From Chiloscyllium plagiosum (Eukaryota), in contig NC_057718.1 in NCBI RefSeq assembly GCF_004010195.1, positions 6,541,253 through 6,585,090 of the forward strand: a stretch of 43,838 bases of DNA, in the 5' to 3' direction. The position numbers and the translations under genes were made by a program. Shown here one piece after another: positions 1-11,910 of the stretch. The notes under the pieces were generated by a model. The model made no database searches and was not told the DNA's origin. It saw only the letters and a list, made by a program, of their open reading frames with translations. The stretch's first letter is position 1; each line of letters begins with the position of its first letter.

Positions 1-314
1 GGGAAAGGAAGAAGCGGAGGGCTTTGAGTCCTTCGTGATGGGGGATGGAGGTATACAGGGACTGGATATCCATGGTGAAGATAATGTGTTGGGGACCGGG
101 GAAGCGAAAATCATGGAGGAGGTGGAGGGCGTGGGTGGTCTCCCGAACGTAGGTGGGGAGTTCTTGGACTAAGGGGGACAGGACCGTGTCGAGATATGTA
201 GAGATGGGTTTGTTGGGGCAGGAGCAGGCTGAGACGATGGGTCGGCTGGGGCAGTCAGGTTTGTGGATTTTGGGCAGAAGATAGAAACGGGTGGTGCGGG
301 GTTGTGGGACTATC
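1..314 (-). mobile_element. Penelope-like element reverse transcriptase fragment (runs off window edge)
   Basis: Minus-strand translation IVPQPRTTRFYLLPKIHKPDCPSRPIVSACSCP...IIFTMDIQSLYTSIPHHEGLKALRFFL contains the PLE RT motifs LPKIHK/RPIV and DxxSLYTSIP. Confidence 0.92.
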
Positions 315-507
315 ACCCTCACCTTAACCTCCTTCCACCTATCGCATTCCCAACGCTCCTCCCCCAAGCCCCTCCTCCCTACCTTTTACCTTAGCCTGCT
401 TGGCACACCTTCCTCATTCCTGAAGAAGGGCTTATGCCTGAAACGTCGATTCTCCTGCTCCTCGGATGCTGCCTGACCTGCTGCGCTTTTACAGCAACAC
501 ATTTTTC
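315..507 (+). mobile_element. PLE pseudo-LTR (family A), inverted relative to the adjacent RT fragment
   Basis: C-rich tract, then CATTCCTGAAGAAGGGCTTATGCCTGAAACGTCGATTCTCCTGCTCC...; the same sequence follows the PLE endonuclease C-terminus at 8290-8700. Confidence 0.85.
415..452 (+). ncRNA. Minimal type I hammerhead ribozyme motif (PLE family A)
   Basis: CTGAAGA 420-426, extra A, stem II GGGC-TTAT-GCCT, GAAA 440-443, palindromic stem III ACGT, GUC triplet 445-447; stem I weak. Confidence 0.7.
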
Positions 508-509
508 AC

Positions 510-1149
510 CCAAGTGGGTAGGGTTGTTCAGAAAGCATATGGTGTTTTGGCTTTCATTAACAGGGACATCGAGTTTAAGAGCTGCGACATTTTGCTGCAG
601 CTCTACAAGTCCCTGGTGAGACCACACTTGAAATATTGTGTCCAGTTCTGGTCGCCCTACTATAGGAAAGACACAGAGGCTTTGGAGAGGGTGCAAAGAA
701 GGTTTACCAGGATTCTGCCTGGACTGGAGGCCTTGCCTTATGAAGAAAGGTTGAATAAGCTCGGACTTTTCTCTCTGGAGAGAAGGAGGAAGAGAGGAGA
801 CCTGATCGAGGTATACAAGATAATGAGAGGAATAGATAGATTCGGGGCAGGATTGACTGGTACGAGGAGACATAGTTTGAAGATATTAGGAGGAAGATGC
901 AAAAGAGATGTCAGAGGTAGGTTCTTTATGCAGAGAGTTGTGAATGCATGGAATGCGTTGCCAGCCGTGGTGGTGGAAGCAGAGTCACTGGGGACATTTA
1001 AGCGACTGCTGGACATGCACATGGATAGCAGTGAGTTGAGGGGTGTGTAGGCTAAGCTACTATATTTTACATTAGGATTAAACCTCGGCACAACATCGTG
1101 GGCTAAAGGGCCTGTTCTGTGCTGGACTTTTCTATTGTTCTATGTTCTA
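510..1149 (+). mobile_element. CR1-clade LINE (HER1-like), 5'-truncated ORF2 C-terminus and 3' tail
   Basis: ORF 466-1050 contains LYKSLVRPHLKYCVQFWSP, LERVQRRFTR, LFSLERRRKRGDLIEVYKI and FFMQRVVNAWNALP; ends in (TTCTATG)-like tail. Confidence 0.93.
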
Positions 1150-1151
1150 AT

Positions 1152-4100
1152 CTGTCTCAAACAAAATTTGCTCTGGACTCCAACCCTTAAGTTTATGCAA
1201 GACCTCGACTAGACTGAGAACCAAGACCAGGGAACCTTTCCAGATTAACGATACATCTCTGGTTCCAGTCTGTTATGAGAAGCAGCTGGTTCAGATCCCA
1301 CAGTTTGTAGTAAAAGGCTCAGACCCAAGCCTTTTACCAACGAGGTGAAGTTGGTGAGAAAGATTCACCTCGATTGACTCAACATTTATTGATTGGAAAA
1401 CGGCTGCCTGAATGATGTCCTAATGAAATACCCAGAGGATTTTCAGGAAGGTTTAGCGTGGCATGGTGGCTCAGTGGTTAGCACTGCTGCTTCACAGCAC
1501 CAGAGGCCCGGGTTCGATTCCAGCCTCGGGTCACTGTCTGTGTGGAGTTTGCACATTCTCCCCGTGTCTGCGTGGGTTTCCTCCGGGTGCTCCGGTTTCC
1601 TCCCACAGTCCAAAGATGTGCAGGGTCAGGTGAATTGGCCATGCTAAATTGCCCGTAGTGTTAGATGCATTAGTCAGAGGGAAATAGGACTGGGTGGGTT
1701 ACTCTTCGGAGGGTCGGTGTGGACTTGTTGGGCCAAAGGGCCTGTTTCCACATAGTAGGGAATCTGCCAAAGCTACCTTGCATTGTTGACCCGGAAGCAA
1801 TTCTGCAAGGTGCACCCAGTGCCATTTACCTTAAGGGCAAAAGTAGAGGCAGATATCAGGAGGCTGGAAAGTGAAGGGATCATTAAACCAGCCCTTTTTG
1901 TGGGATGGGCACCACTTGTCATACCAATGTGAAGCCTGACGGGTTTAAAATCCCCTTTGTGGGGATTTTCAAAAAACGGTAACCACTTTTCCCAGCTGGA
2001 TAAATACTCAGTCCCTTGTTGTAAGGATTTATACACAGTGCTGGCAAAGGGAGCTGTCCTTCAGGAAGCTGAACTTGAGCCATGTGTCCGTGCAATTGCA
2101 GTTAGATGAGGACTCCCAGAAAGTATGCTACAATTAATACCCATCAGGGTTTGTACCAATATTCAAGACTGCCATCTGAGATATCGTCAGCCTGTGCAAT
2201 TTTTCAGCTGCCAATGGAGAATATTTTACAAGGTCTACCCCAGGTCACCACTTGTCTGAAAGCCCGCTAATACTAGGGAAGATCAATAAGGAGCATTTAG
2301 AGAGCATGGACATAGTTGTTAGACGTTTCTCACAGGTGGGCATATGCCTTAGAAAGGAAAAGTGTGTGTTTCAGGTGCCCCAAGTGACCCACTTGTGCTA
2401 CAGAGTCATTACAACTGTCGAAGCGCCAGCTCCCACACCTGTACCGGACCTTCAGTCTGTCCTCGAGCTGGTGATTTATTACGGAAAGTTCACACATAAC
2501 CTGGCCTCCATCCTGCCACCTTTGCATCATCTCCTAAAAAAGGGGTCAGCCTTAGAAATGGTCACGTAGCTATGCCATAGCTTTCAGGGAAGTGAAGAAA
2601 CAGTTATCATCCTCAAAGGTGCTGGCACATTATAATCCCAAGCGAGATCTGGTATTGACATGCTTTGTGGCATCAGGGTAGTATTAGCACATAGGTGACC
2701 CAATAGAGAGGAACACCCAATAGTGTATGCATCCGGGACTTTGTCTAATGCAGAGTGTAAATGCGCCTAGATAGCGAAGGAAGGTTAGGCAGTTATGTTT
2801 GGAGTCAGGAAGTTCCACCAATATCTTTACGGATGTAAATTTGCAAGAATAACAGGCCACAAATCCCTGCAAGGTTTACTTAAAGTGGACAAGGTAGTGC
2901 CACCCATAGCTTCAGACCTAATTAAATGCATATAATTACAAGTTGGAACATTGTCCAACAGGCAAAGTAGCAAATGCTGATACATTGAGCTGCCTCTCAC
3001 TGGCAGATACACAACCGATGGTACAGCCACTGGAAGAGTCTGTAATGGTTTTACATTTTCTGGACGCACTTCCCATCACAACTGACAATATTAGACTTTG
3101 GAAGCAGAAGGATCCTATCCTGGACAAACTGAAGCAGCTGGTGGTGGTGTTGGGGAGGGGGGGGGAACCAAAAGGTCATCACAACCAGATTTGAAACCTT
3201 TCTGGACCTGGAGAGACCAGTTCACAGTAGAGGGCAGTGTGTTACTATGGAGAGCAAGAGGGATTGTCCTAAACAAAGGTGTCACCACACATTGGCTGAA
3301 CTCCACCGGAGGGTGTGGGGCTGAGGTGGGGTGGGGGCGCATCCAGGGGTTTCCAAAATGAAGATGTTGGTGAGAGGTTTTGTCTGGTGACCAGGATTGG
3401 ATGCAGACATAGCTGCGTTGGTGGGGGCAGTGCCCAGAGTGCCAGCAAGGACAAAAATTACCACCAGCAGCTCCCCCACATTCGTGGGAATGGCTGGGCA
3501 ATCCGTTGGCTCAGTTACACATCGACTGTGCAGGTCGTTTCATGGGCTCAATGTTCTTTGTCACGATGGACGCCCAGTCAAAAACTAGGAGTTCATTTGT
3601 CAAACGCGGGGACGACGATAGATAAACTGTGCACATCTTTTACAATACACAGGCTCCTGGAAATACTGGTCACAGACAACAGGCCATTGTTTACCAGCAG
3701 GGAATTTGACTATTTGGAAAAATGGAAGTCTTCGTTATTTAAGGACATCTACATACCATCTATACCTGGCAGAAAGAGCAGTCTAAACTTTGAAGGCAGG
3801 CTTAAAGAAATAGCCTATAGCTTCACTCAATACCAAACTATCCCAGTTCCTGTTTGACTATAGGGCCACCCCTCAGGCAACTACAAGGACAGCTCTAGAG
3901 AGTGACCAATGGGGAGAAGACTCTGCACCAGGTTAAATCTGGTCTTCCCAGACCTGAGGGAGAGGGTGAAATGGCATCAGGAATGCCAATGTCAGATTCA
4001 AGACTTCACTAAGTGCGAGAGAGAGAGAGAGAGAGACAGTTTGCTTCAGGGGATGAAGTATGGCGTAGGAACCACAGAAACGGTCCCACATGGGTAAGAG

Positions 4101-4500
4101 GCATGGTTGACACAAAGTCAAGATTGGTGTCATATAAAGTTCAGGTAGGTCCTGAGCAAGCACATGGATCATATGGAAGCCGCGAACTCTCAACCAGGAC
4201 GAGAGCAAGACGTGCCCCACCTCTCACCAGCCTTTCTGATTGTTCTGAACCCAGGGGCTCTCCCTCTCTGTTCAGCAATGAAGTTACCTCGGAATCTGAG
4301 ATAGCGTGGATGTCACTGCCTCAATGCCTGCTGAAGAAGATAATTAGTTTCTTCTGAGACACTCCGGGAGCTGGAGATGAGTTACTGTATGTGAAACACT
4401 GCCCGTATCTGAGGCAGAGTTGGAGAAACCTGACCCTGTGTTAAAACATCTCAAAAAGTGCTAAAAAATAAAACCAAACTGGCCCCTGTCCTCGCACTCA
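1152..4500 (+). mobile_element. Decayed Ty3/Gypsy LTR retrotransposon internal region (PR end-RT-RH-IN)
   Basis: Frame-shifted motifs: LNDVLMKYPEDFQEGL; KYATINTHQGLYQYSRLPSEISSACAIFQ (~2121-2205); [51 protein letters not shown]. No intact YxDD. Confidence 0.9.
1456..1764 (+). mobile_element. tRNA-derived V-SINE (HE1-like) inserted in Gypsy pol
   Basis: A box TGGCTCAGTGG, B box GGTTCGATTCC, V domain GTGTGGAGTTTGCACATTCTCCCCGTGTCTGCGTGGGTTTCCTCCGGGTGCTCCGG, CR1-like tail. Confidence 0.92.
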
Positions 4501-4512
4501 GATGGGGAGGGA

Positions 4513-4936
4513 TGTAGTGATTGAAACAAAGTCAGTCAGGTGGATCCCATAGAAATGAGTTCTCTGATTGGGGCTGTTTATCTGGTTCCATCAGGGAGCC
4601 CTGACTGACAGATAGAAGGTCAGGCAGCATCCAAGGAGCAGGAGAATCGATGTTTTGGGCATAAGCCCTTCTTCAGGAATGACGCTTATGCCCGAAACGT
4701 TGATTCTCCTGCTCCTTGGATGCTGCCTGACCTGCTGCGCTTTTCCAGCAACACATTTTTCAGCTCTGATCTCCAGCATCTGCAGTCCTCACTTTCTCCT
4801 GGCTGTCAGATAGCAACAGGAGTGTCAGAGGGTGCGTTCACTCAGAGCTGTTTTCTGAGGGAGCTGGATCAATGTCAGGGACTCTCCACGCATAAATAAA
4901 GAGTGGCTTGACGCTGACCTCTGTGGAATTATTTCA
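4513..4936 (+). mobile_element. 3' LTR of the Gypsy element, interrupted by a PLE insert
   Basis: Polypurine tract GATGGGGAGGGA 4501-4512 then TGT...; AATAAA near 4895; ends ...TTTCA; homologous to the minus-strand LTR starting at 30415. Confidence 0.8.
4617..4800 (+). mobile_element. Fold-back mini-PLE (family A pLTR)
   Basis: 50-nt inverted arms 4617-4666 and 4684-4733; full tail ...CTCACTTTCTCCT; flanking duplication CCTGACTGACAGATAG / CCTGGCTGTCAGATAG. Confidence 0.88.
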
Positions 4937-5748
4937 GTTAGAATGTGCCAAAATTACTTTGTAACCCGTGGCTTCCAGTGAAGTTTGGGAGGATTTTCCT
5001 TCCAAGAAAGAATCAGGCCCTCTTTCCACAACCTTCCAAAACAGCAGCTTAGGGTCAGTCACAAACAAATCCCTTTCCAAAACACAGGAGAAAAGGTTAA
5101 AATGTTATCTGAGGCATTTCGATCTTATTTTTCTAATTATCGCAACAATTGTGGCAAGTTAGCAGTTACTTGGAGTTCGCGAAACAAAGCTTTTGGCATC
5201 ATCAGTGAGGTGCACTTCACTCCAGAGTAGCCTTCGCATGAGCGATTTGGAATGAAAATAAATTTTAAACTAAACAGCTATACCACAATTTCAATGCTAA
5301 AGCAGGGATATAGCAAACGCAACTGACACGTTAAGAGTGATGCTAAAGAGCTGACTGTCTCGTCCCAACAATAACTTCAGTTGACACTAATGAAGACGGT
5401 TGCCTTCATAAAGAGAAACTCGTGCTGAGTGGTGTGGGGGCAAATCGTCATTCAGTGTGTTTGGTTAAGGAATGATAGATAGATCTTAATGGAGATGAAT
5501 GTAAGTAGCTGTACAGTGATTCAGGAAACAGCAGAAATGCCTCCATGATGAATTGTGTTAGCTCAATAGTGGAAAAGGGCTAGAATTCAAGCAAAGAAAA
5601 AAATAAACAATAGAAGCTTCAGATGAAGGGATGGGAGCAGGGAGGTAATGTCTGGGATACTCTCGGTGCTGCACCTCGGCTGAGACAGGGAGAGGAAGAT
5701 TGTCAGCATGGTCTGGAAAGGAAGATGGACAGGGTAGGGTTTCAGATA

Positions 5749-5871
5749 AAAGCCCTGATGAAGGGCTTTTGCCCGAAACACCGATTTTCCTGCTCCTCGG
5801 ATGCTGTGCTTTTCCAGCCCCACTCTAATCTTGATTCTAACCTCCAGCATCTGCAGTACCCACTCTCGCCT
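5749..5871 (+). mobile_element. Mini-PLE (family A variant) with hammerhead core
   Basis: CTGATGA 5755-5761, GGGC-TTTT-GCCC, GAAA; TSD TAGGGTTTCAGATA 5735-5748 / TAGGGTGTCAGATA 5871-5884. Confidence 0.85.
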
Positions 5872-6118
5872 AGGGTGTCAGATACCCTGCACACACTACT
5901 TTTCACGTTAGAGATGGCAACACAGATGGGATTGTTTTTAGTTAAACTGAGGAATGCCTCGACCACCTCCTGGCATTGTGCAAAGAACAGGAGAGGACAA
6001 TTTGTAAATGGTCTCAGATGAAGGACGGAGGGGGGGTGACTGAAGGATAAGGTTGATACAGGATCAAAAATTAGGTGAATAAGCAGATACTAGGATATCT
6101 GGACCAGATGACAGTTAC

Positions 6119-6315
6119 CCAGTGAAGCAGTTGAGGCTACCTCGTTGAACGTTTTTAAGGCAAAGATAGATATATCTTTGAACAGTAAATGAATTAAGGG
6201 TTACGGCGAGAGGGCGGATAGGTGAAGCTGAGCCCATGAAAAGATCAGCCATGACCTTATTGAATGGTGGAGCAGGCTCGAAGGGCCAGATGGCCTACCC
6301 CTGCTCCTAGTTCTC
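6119..6315 (+). mobile_element. CR1 LINE 3' end
   Basis: AVEATSLNVFKAKID-type end, then AGATCAGCCATGACCTTATTGAATGGTGGAGCAGGCTCGAAGGGCC tail, repeated elsewhere in the window. Confidence 0.8.
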
Positions 6316-6479
6316 CTTGCGTTGTCTTGGTAAGAGTCTGCCCACAAACAGATGCAACTTAAGAAGCAAAATAGACAATTTGGAAAATCAAATTCAGTTG
6401 AAAGAGTGATAAAGATTATAGGTTACAGGAGTTTGAGACAGTGTACAGAAATGGAGAGAACAGGATTTGCAGCATTTGA

Positions 6480-7050
6480 GAGAAAAAAAAAGACAAGTCT
6501 TTGGGATCAGATGGATTTCATCTGAAGATATCGCAGATGATGGTCCGACATAATTTTCGAAAGCTCTCCAGATTCGGAAACCCTGCCTTCAGTCAGAAAA
6601 TTACATACACCCACTCATTCTTCACAGAACAATAGAGAAAGGCACCAGTTCAAAATCAGTTGGAGGGAAACTAGTGGGAGCTATAATTCGAGGCAGAGTG
6701 ACTCAGACATGGTTCACATCTGAGTTGTTTCGGGAGAGTCAGCGTGGTTTCATGAAAGGTGAGGCACATTTTACAAAACACATTGGTCTCTATGAATGAT
6801 GGGCACGGAAATGATAGTGGAGCAACAAATCAATACTGGAAGGCTGGAAATCTGAAATAAAAGGAACAGAAATTCTGGAAATGCTCAGCAGGCCATGTAA
6901 CATCAACGGAGAGAGAAGCAGAGTTAAAAAGTCAAATAAATGACAGTTCACCAAAACTAGTTCCATGAGTATTATCTATATGGAATTCCAGAGACATTTG
7001 GTAAGGTTTCACGTTAGAAATTATCAAAATTGAAAATGCATAAAATTTTA
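6480..7050 (+). mobile_element. Old CR1 RT fragment interrupted by a decayed PLE pLTR (~6825-6955)
   Basis: GAGTCAGCGTGGTTTCATGAAAGG (SQxGFMKG) and ATCTATATGGAATTCCAG (IYM(D)FQ) remnants. Confidence 0.55.
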
Positions 7051-7088
7051 GTATGAACCACATAAATTTGGTGCAGGAGCAGATCACT

Positions 7089-7455
7089 CATAGAAACATA
7101 GCAACATGAACAGGCCATTCAGCCCCTTGTGCCTGTCCTCTACCATTCAGTAAGATGGTGGCTGATCTGTGACCGAACTCCATACATCTGCCTTTGGTCC
7201 ATATCCTTTTCTTAACAAAGATTTACCTATCTGAGATCTAAATGAACAACTGATCTCACAACAATTGCAGTTTATGGAGAGAGTTCCAAAGTCTCTCATA
7301 AATCTGTGAGGTAAAATATTCTCCTTACCTCTCTCTCAAATGGCCAACCCATCCATTTGCAACAATGAGCCTCTCTAGTTCAAGATTCTGCCACAAGGGC
7401 AGGCATCCTTTACACATGGACCCGATTAAAACCCCTCTGGACCTTACATGTTTCC
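7089..7455 (-). mobile_element. CR1 LINE 3' end
   Basis: Reverse complement of the CR1 tail (CAGGCCATTCAGCCCC...GGCTGATCTG) and of the ORF2 end. Confidence 0.7.
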
Positions 7456-7471
7456 ATTAGCGTTAGCAGAT

Positions 7472-7690
7472 ACAAAAATGGAAATTGCCGGAAAAGCTTG
7501 GCAGATCTGGCAGCATCCTCAGAGAGAAATCAGTGCTAACATTTCAGAACTGGCAACCCTTCCTCAGAATCCGGACCCGAAGCGTTAACTCTGATTTCCC
7601 TCCACGGATGTTGCCAGATCAGTTGGACTTTCCCAGCAATTTCTGTTTTGTCTGATTTGCAGCGTCCACAGGTCGTGTAATTTTTATTCA
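7472..7690 (+). mobile_element. Fold-back mini-PLE (family B)
   Basis: Imperfect inverted arms ~7472-7545 / 7572-7650 centred on a decayed hammerhead (GGACCCGAAGCGTTAAC); TSD-like TTAGCAGATACAA / TCAGCGGATACAA. Confidence 0.78.
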
Positions 7691-8070
7691 GCGGATACAA
7701 GCTGAGGCAGCTCAACCAGCCCTCATTCGACAAGCTGCTGAGCTATTAGACTCACAATTCTTCTCTGAACTGTTTCAATTGCAATTATAGCCCTCCTCGC
7801 AGCAGGAGATAATTCTTGAAGTAACCTTATGTCATTAACCCTGAGGTAGGTGAGAAAGAACAGTTAGGAGATTGTTCAATGATTGAGTGGAGTTGCTTGC
7901 GATCTTGTCTGGGACATCCATCATATTCCTCGAGTCTCTGGGTGTAATTAGCAAATGAAACTCAAAAGGGAATAACATCATAACGATAATGTGACTGAAC
8001 TAGTAATCCAGGGAGCTGGGTTAATGCTCCTCAATTCAAATCTCCATTATCACAGCCAGCAGAATTTAAT

Positions 8071-9143
8071 GGGAAGGGCATTATTAAGCTGGAGAAGGTT
8101 CAGAAAAGATTTACCAAACTGTTGCCAGGAGTAGACGGTTTGAGCTATAAAGACTAGGAGAAAGCGAGGGCTGCATTTGCTGGAGATCAGAGTCAGGAAG
8201 TGTGGTGCTGGAAAAGCACAGTAGGTCAGACAGCATCCGAGGAGCAGGAGTCGATGTTTCAGGTTTAAGCCCTTCATCAGGAATGCCTCCTCCACTGCCA
8301 CCCGACGCCTGGAGGAAGAACGGCTCATCTTCTGCCTTGGGACTCTGAAACCACACGGCATCAATGTCAACTTCACCAGTTTCCAAATCCCCCCTCCCCC
8401 ACCTCATCTCAGATCCAACCCTCTAACTCAGCACCAGCTTCATGAACTGTCCTACCTATTCACCTTCCTTCCCACCTATCCTCTCCACCCTCCCCTCCGA
8501 CCTCTCACCATCAGCCCCCACTTCCATCTACCCTCTGCACTCTCAACTCCCATCCCCCAGACCCACCCCCATCCTCCTATTTTTCTCTCAGCCCCCTTCC
8601 CGCTACCACATTCCTGATGAAGGGCTTATGCCCAAAACATTGACTGTCCGCTCTTCAGACACTGCCTGACCTGTTGAGCTTTTCCAGCACCACACTTTTC
8701 AGTTCAAGTTATCAAGAAAGGCTGCCTCGGCTGGGTCTTTTTCACTGGACAATAGGAGGTGGAGGAATGACATTATAGAGCTTTATAAAATCATGAGGAG
8801 TATAGATAAGTTGAGGGCAGGTATCTTTTCCCTAGGATGGGAGAGTTCAAGCCTAGGAGGCAGATTTATAAGGTGAGAGGAAATGGATTTATAAAAAACA
8901 TGAGGGGCAATTTCTTTAATCAGAGAATGGGTCATGTGTGGAATCAACTTCCAGAGGAAGTGGTGGATGCAGGTGCAGTTGCAACATTTAAAATACGTTT
9001 TGGGTAAGTCCATGAATAGGAAAGATTTAGAGGGATATGGGCTAGGAGCGGGCAGGTGAGACTAGTTTAGTTTGCGATTATGGTCGACATGAACTGGTTA
9101 GACCAAAGGGTCTGTTTCTGTATTATATGACTCAATGACTCTA
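8071..9143 (+). mobile_element. CR1 LINE 3' fragment split by a PLE
   Basis: KLEKVQKRFTKLLPG before 8155 continues after 8705 with RLGLFSL...ELYKIMR...WNQLPEEVV; (GACTCTAT)-like tail. Confidence 0.88.
8157..8700. mobile_element. PLE insertion: minus pLTR (8157-8286) joined to plus-strand endonuclease C-terminus and pLTR
   Basis: ATRRLEEERLIFCLGTLKPHGINVNFTSF (GIY-YIG domain C-terminus of PLEs); hammerhead cores at 8614-8637 (+) and ~8255-8281 (-). Confidence 0.9.
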
Positions 9144-9324
9144 TCTGGAATTGATCTGAACTCTGGTTAATGTCATTGTTAATCATCATGAATTGCTGTT
9201 TTTTTCATAAAACCCATCTGGTTTACAGAGAAGGAAGTCTGTCATCCTTACCCAGTCTGGCCTACATGTGACTCCAGACCTACTGCAGTGAGGCTGATAT
9301 TCAACTGCCCTCTGAAGGAGATTG

Positions 9325-9650
9325 AGAAAGTAGACAGAGACAGGATTTTGCCTCATGTGGCGTACATTCATGGGAAGCAGATTTAAAACAGTGATATGGA
9401 GCAATGACGTCTCTCACGGCTTGAGACTTTCTGGAAATCACTACCATAGAGTATGGTGGATGTCACAACATTGTGGAAATTGTTGGAGGAGATGGATAGA
9501 TGTTTATTCAGTAATGGGACGATGGGTTATGGAGAGCAGGCAGAAAAGTGGAATTGAGGTCAAGATGAGATCAGCCATTTTGTACTAAATGGTGGAGCAG
9601 GCTCAAGAGGCTGAATGGCCTCTTCCTGCTCCTAGCTCTGATATTGCCAT
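9325..9650 (+). mobile_element. Old CR1 LINE 3' end
   Basis: LWKSLP-like remnant and AGATCAGCCAT...AATGGTGGAGCAGGCTCAAGAGGCTGAATGGCCT tail. Confidence 0.72.
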
Positions 9651-9740
9651 GAAATGTTCTCACAGAGCTTGCCACCCATGTACCACACCCAAGGACAAAT
9701 AGGGACTGACAATTAGTGCTAGCCTTGCCAGACTCCACCT

Positions 9741-10085
9741 ACATCACCAAAGATCCCTCCCCATCCCAGTTATAACCTCTTCCAACCTCCTCCGTCAAGC
9801 GAAGATGTAGAAGTTTGAACACACACACACACACACAAACAAGTTCAAGAATAGCTTCTTCCCTGCTGTTATGAGACTTCTGAATAGATCTCTCAAATTT
9901 TAAGTTTAATGTTGATTTAGCTCTCTGTGCACCTTCTCTGCAACTGTAACATTATATTCCTTGCTCTGTTCTATTACCCTAATGTCCATTGTATGGTATA
10001 ATCTACCTGTCCTGTACGTAAAACAAAACTTTAGGTATGTGAATCAATAGTAAGTCAAACCAAATCAAAACAAAAATCAAATCAG
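9741..10085 (+). mobile_element. Rex1/Babar-like LINE 3' end with internal (CA)n
   Basis: ITKDPS...LFQPPPS...TNKFKNSFFPAVMRLLN matches the Rex1/Babar RT C-terminus; (CAAAT)-like tail. Confidence 0.75.
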
Positions 10086-10140
10086 ATCCTAAGAATAAAT
10101 TTCAAAAAATTGCATTCCAACTCGTGTTGATTTTCCAAAG

Positions 10141-10430
10141 TGATTAGATTACATTACAGTGTGGAAACAGGCCCTTCAGCCCAACAAGTCCACACCGACG
10201 CGCAACCCACCCCATACCCCTACATTTGCCCCTTACCTAACACTACGGGCAATTTAGCATGGCCAATTCACCTGACCTGCACATTTTTGGACAGTGGGAG
10301 GAAACCGGAGCACCCGGAGACATGAGGAGAATGTGCAAACTCCACACAGTCAGTCGCCTGAGGTGGGAATTGAACCCGGGTCTCAGGCGCTGTGAGGCAG
10401 CAGTGCTAACCACTGTGCCACCGTGCCACC
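10141..10430 (-). mobile_element. V-SINE (HE1-like)
   Basis: Reverse-complement A/B boxes, V domain and tail; very similar to 25363-25667. Confidence 0.92.
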
Positions 10431-10506
10431 AACCATGCTTGAATCCTTGTCACAGGTGTAACCATTTCAATGGATCAATACAATTGGACAGTGATTCTTT
10501 GTGAAT

Positions 10507-10640
10507 AACAACAAAATAAAGAACTGTGGATGCTGGAAATCAGAAATAGAAATTGCTGGAAAAACTCAGCAGGTCAGGCAGCAACTGTGGAGAGAAAACA
10601 GAGTTAACGCTTTGAGTCCACTGATCCTTCTTCAGAACAG
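10507..10640 (-). mobile_element. Mini-PLE (family B), truncated just upstream of hammerhead
   Basis: RC reads GTT-CTGAAGA-AGGATCAGTGGACTC-AAAG-CGTT-AAC then ...CCAGCATCCACAG tail. Confidence 0.8.
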
Positions 10641-10715
10641 AACAGAATTTCCCTTGTGAAATAAATATTCCTTGATGTATTTAAAAGCCATTGCAGTAGA
10701 AAATAGGTCTTTTTC

Positions 10716-10820
10716 ATAGAGTCATAGAGTCATAGAGATGTACAGCATGGAAACAGACCCTTCAGTCCAACCCGGATGCCAACCAGATATCCCAACCCAA
10801 TCTAGTCCCACCTGCCAGCT
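10716..10820 (-). mobile_element. CR1 3' tail fragment
   Basis: (CATAGAGT)n then GATGTACAGCATGGAAACAGACCCTTC, as at 15525. Confidence 0.8.
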
Positions 10821-10917
10821 TCAAATCATGAATTTTAATAATTGGTCCACCTCCTCACGAGTAACTTATTTTTAAATAATTGAAACAACATTAATAGCTG
10901 TACAAGGTATACTGTGT

Positions 10918-11043
10918 AGGCGGAAGTGGGTACTGCAGATGCTAGAGATTAGAGTCAAGACTAGAGTGGTGCTGGAAAAGCACAGCAGGTCAGGCAGCAT
11001 CCGAGGAGCAGGAAAATGGACATTTTGGGCAAAAGGCCTTCAT
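10918..11043 (-). mobile_element. Mini-PLE (family A variant), truncated inside hammerhead core
   Basis: Reverse complement of 5755-5871; TSD AAGGTATACTGTGTA 10904-10918 / AAGGTATCCTGTATA 11044-11058. Confidence 0.85.
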
Positions 11044-11115
11044 AAGGTATCCTGTATACCCTACATAAGCAATGGCAAATGCTGTGGTAAAGTATATTGC
11101 TGATGACCAGCTAAT

Positions 11116-11517
11116 CCAGAACTAGCATCACAGTCTAGGGATACAGGGCAGGCCATTTCAGACTGAGATGAGCAGAAATGTCTTCACCCAGAGATTGGGG
11201 AGCCTCTGCCACAGAAAGTGGATGAAGACAAAACATTGAAAGATTTCAAGAAGGAATCAATATAGTTCTTAGGGCGAAAGTGATCAAAGGATATGGATAG
11301 AATGTGGGAACTGGGTCATGAAACGCACAAAGACAGAAATGCTGGAGAAACTCCCCAAGTCTGAAGAAGGGTCAGAGGACTCGAAACGTTAACTTTTGTT
11401 TCTCACCAGCATCTGCATTTCTTTGTTCAATACCAGGGTTCAGAGTTAGATGATCAACCAGGATGATATTGAAAGGCTAAAAGGCCTACCCCTGCTTCCA
11501 TTTGCTCTGGTTCTATG
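11116..11517 (+). mobile_element. CR1 3' end interrupted by a mini-PLE (~11320-11428)
   Basis: GRPFQTEMSRNVFTQR remnant; tail resumes at ~11432. Confidence 0.75.
11357..11395 (+). ncRNA. Minimal hammerhead ribozyme motif (PLE family B), intact core
   Basis: AAGT-CTGAAGA(11361-67)-A-GGGTC-AGAG-GACTC-GAAA(11383-86)-CGTT-AACTT. Confidence 0.7.
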
Positions 11518-11910
11518 TGTTGATGAGAAATATTGACCTCCCCACAAACCTGCAGATGAAGAGTGGACTGTCGTTCACCAGGTGTTGGTGGGTGGTTAGT
11601 TCAATTGCCTGGACGGCTGGACAACATCAACAAAATGGGTTCAATTCCTGTAAAGTCCAACTGGAGAGCAGTCTGTAGTCATCAGGGACTGTAGAGACTG
11701 TTAGTTACATTGACTCTACCCAAGTACCATTAGGAGGTATTGAGAATAGCCCACCAAAGAGGTTCGACACAAACTGAGACCATTCAACTCAATGTACCTG
11801 CACTATCTCATTAAATGAGCATCAGACCCAGTCTTACTGCGTTGACAGGGAGAACCAATGAAATCCAAGTTCAGTAGCACATATAGAGTTGCGAAGGTGG
11901 AGGAAGAGAG

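Larger units (their letters stand above)
7975..9742 (+). mobile_element. Old tRNA-derived SINE (family 2) split into three pieces (~7975-8070, 9144-9320, 9652-9742)
   Basis: Pieces are collinear with the copy at 11911-12592 (ACTAGTAATCCAG head, GGCCTACATGTGACTCCAGACC core, GCTAGCCTTGCCAG tail). Confidence 0.6.

Noticed and set aside
466..1050. 194-aa ORF as a host gene
   Set aside because: Chance read-through from a PLE pLTR into a 5'-truncated CR1 ORF2 end
1456..1530. tRNA genes at SINE heads (many copies)
   Set aside because: A and B boxes run directly into the V domain and LINE tail, so these are SINEs, not tRNAs
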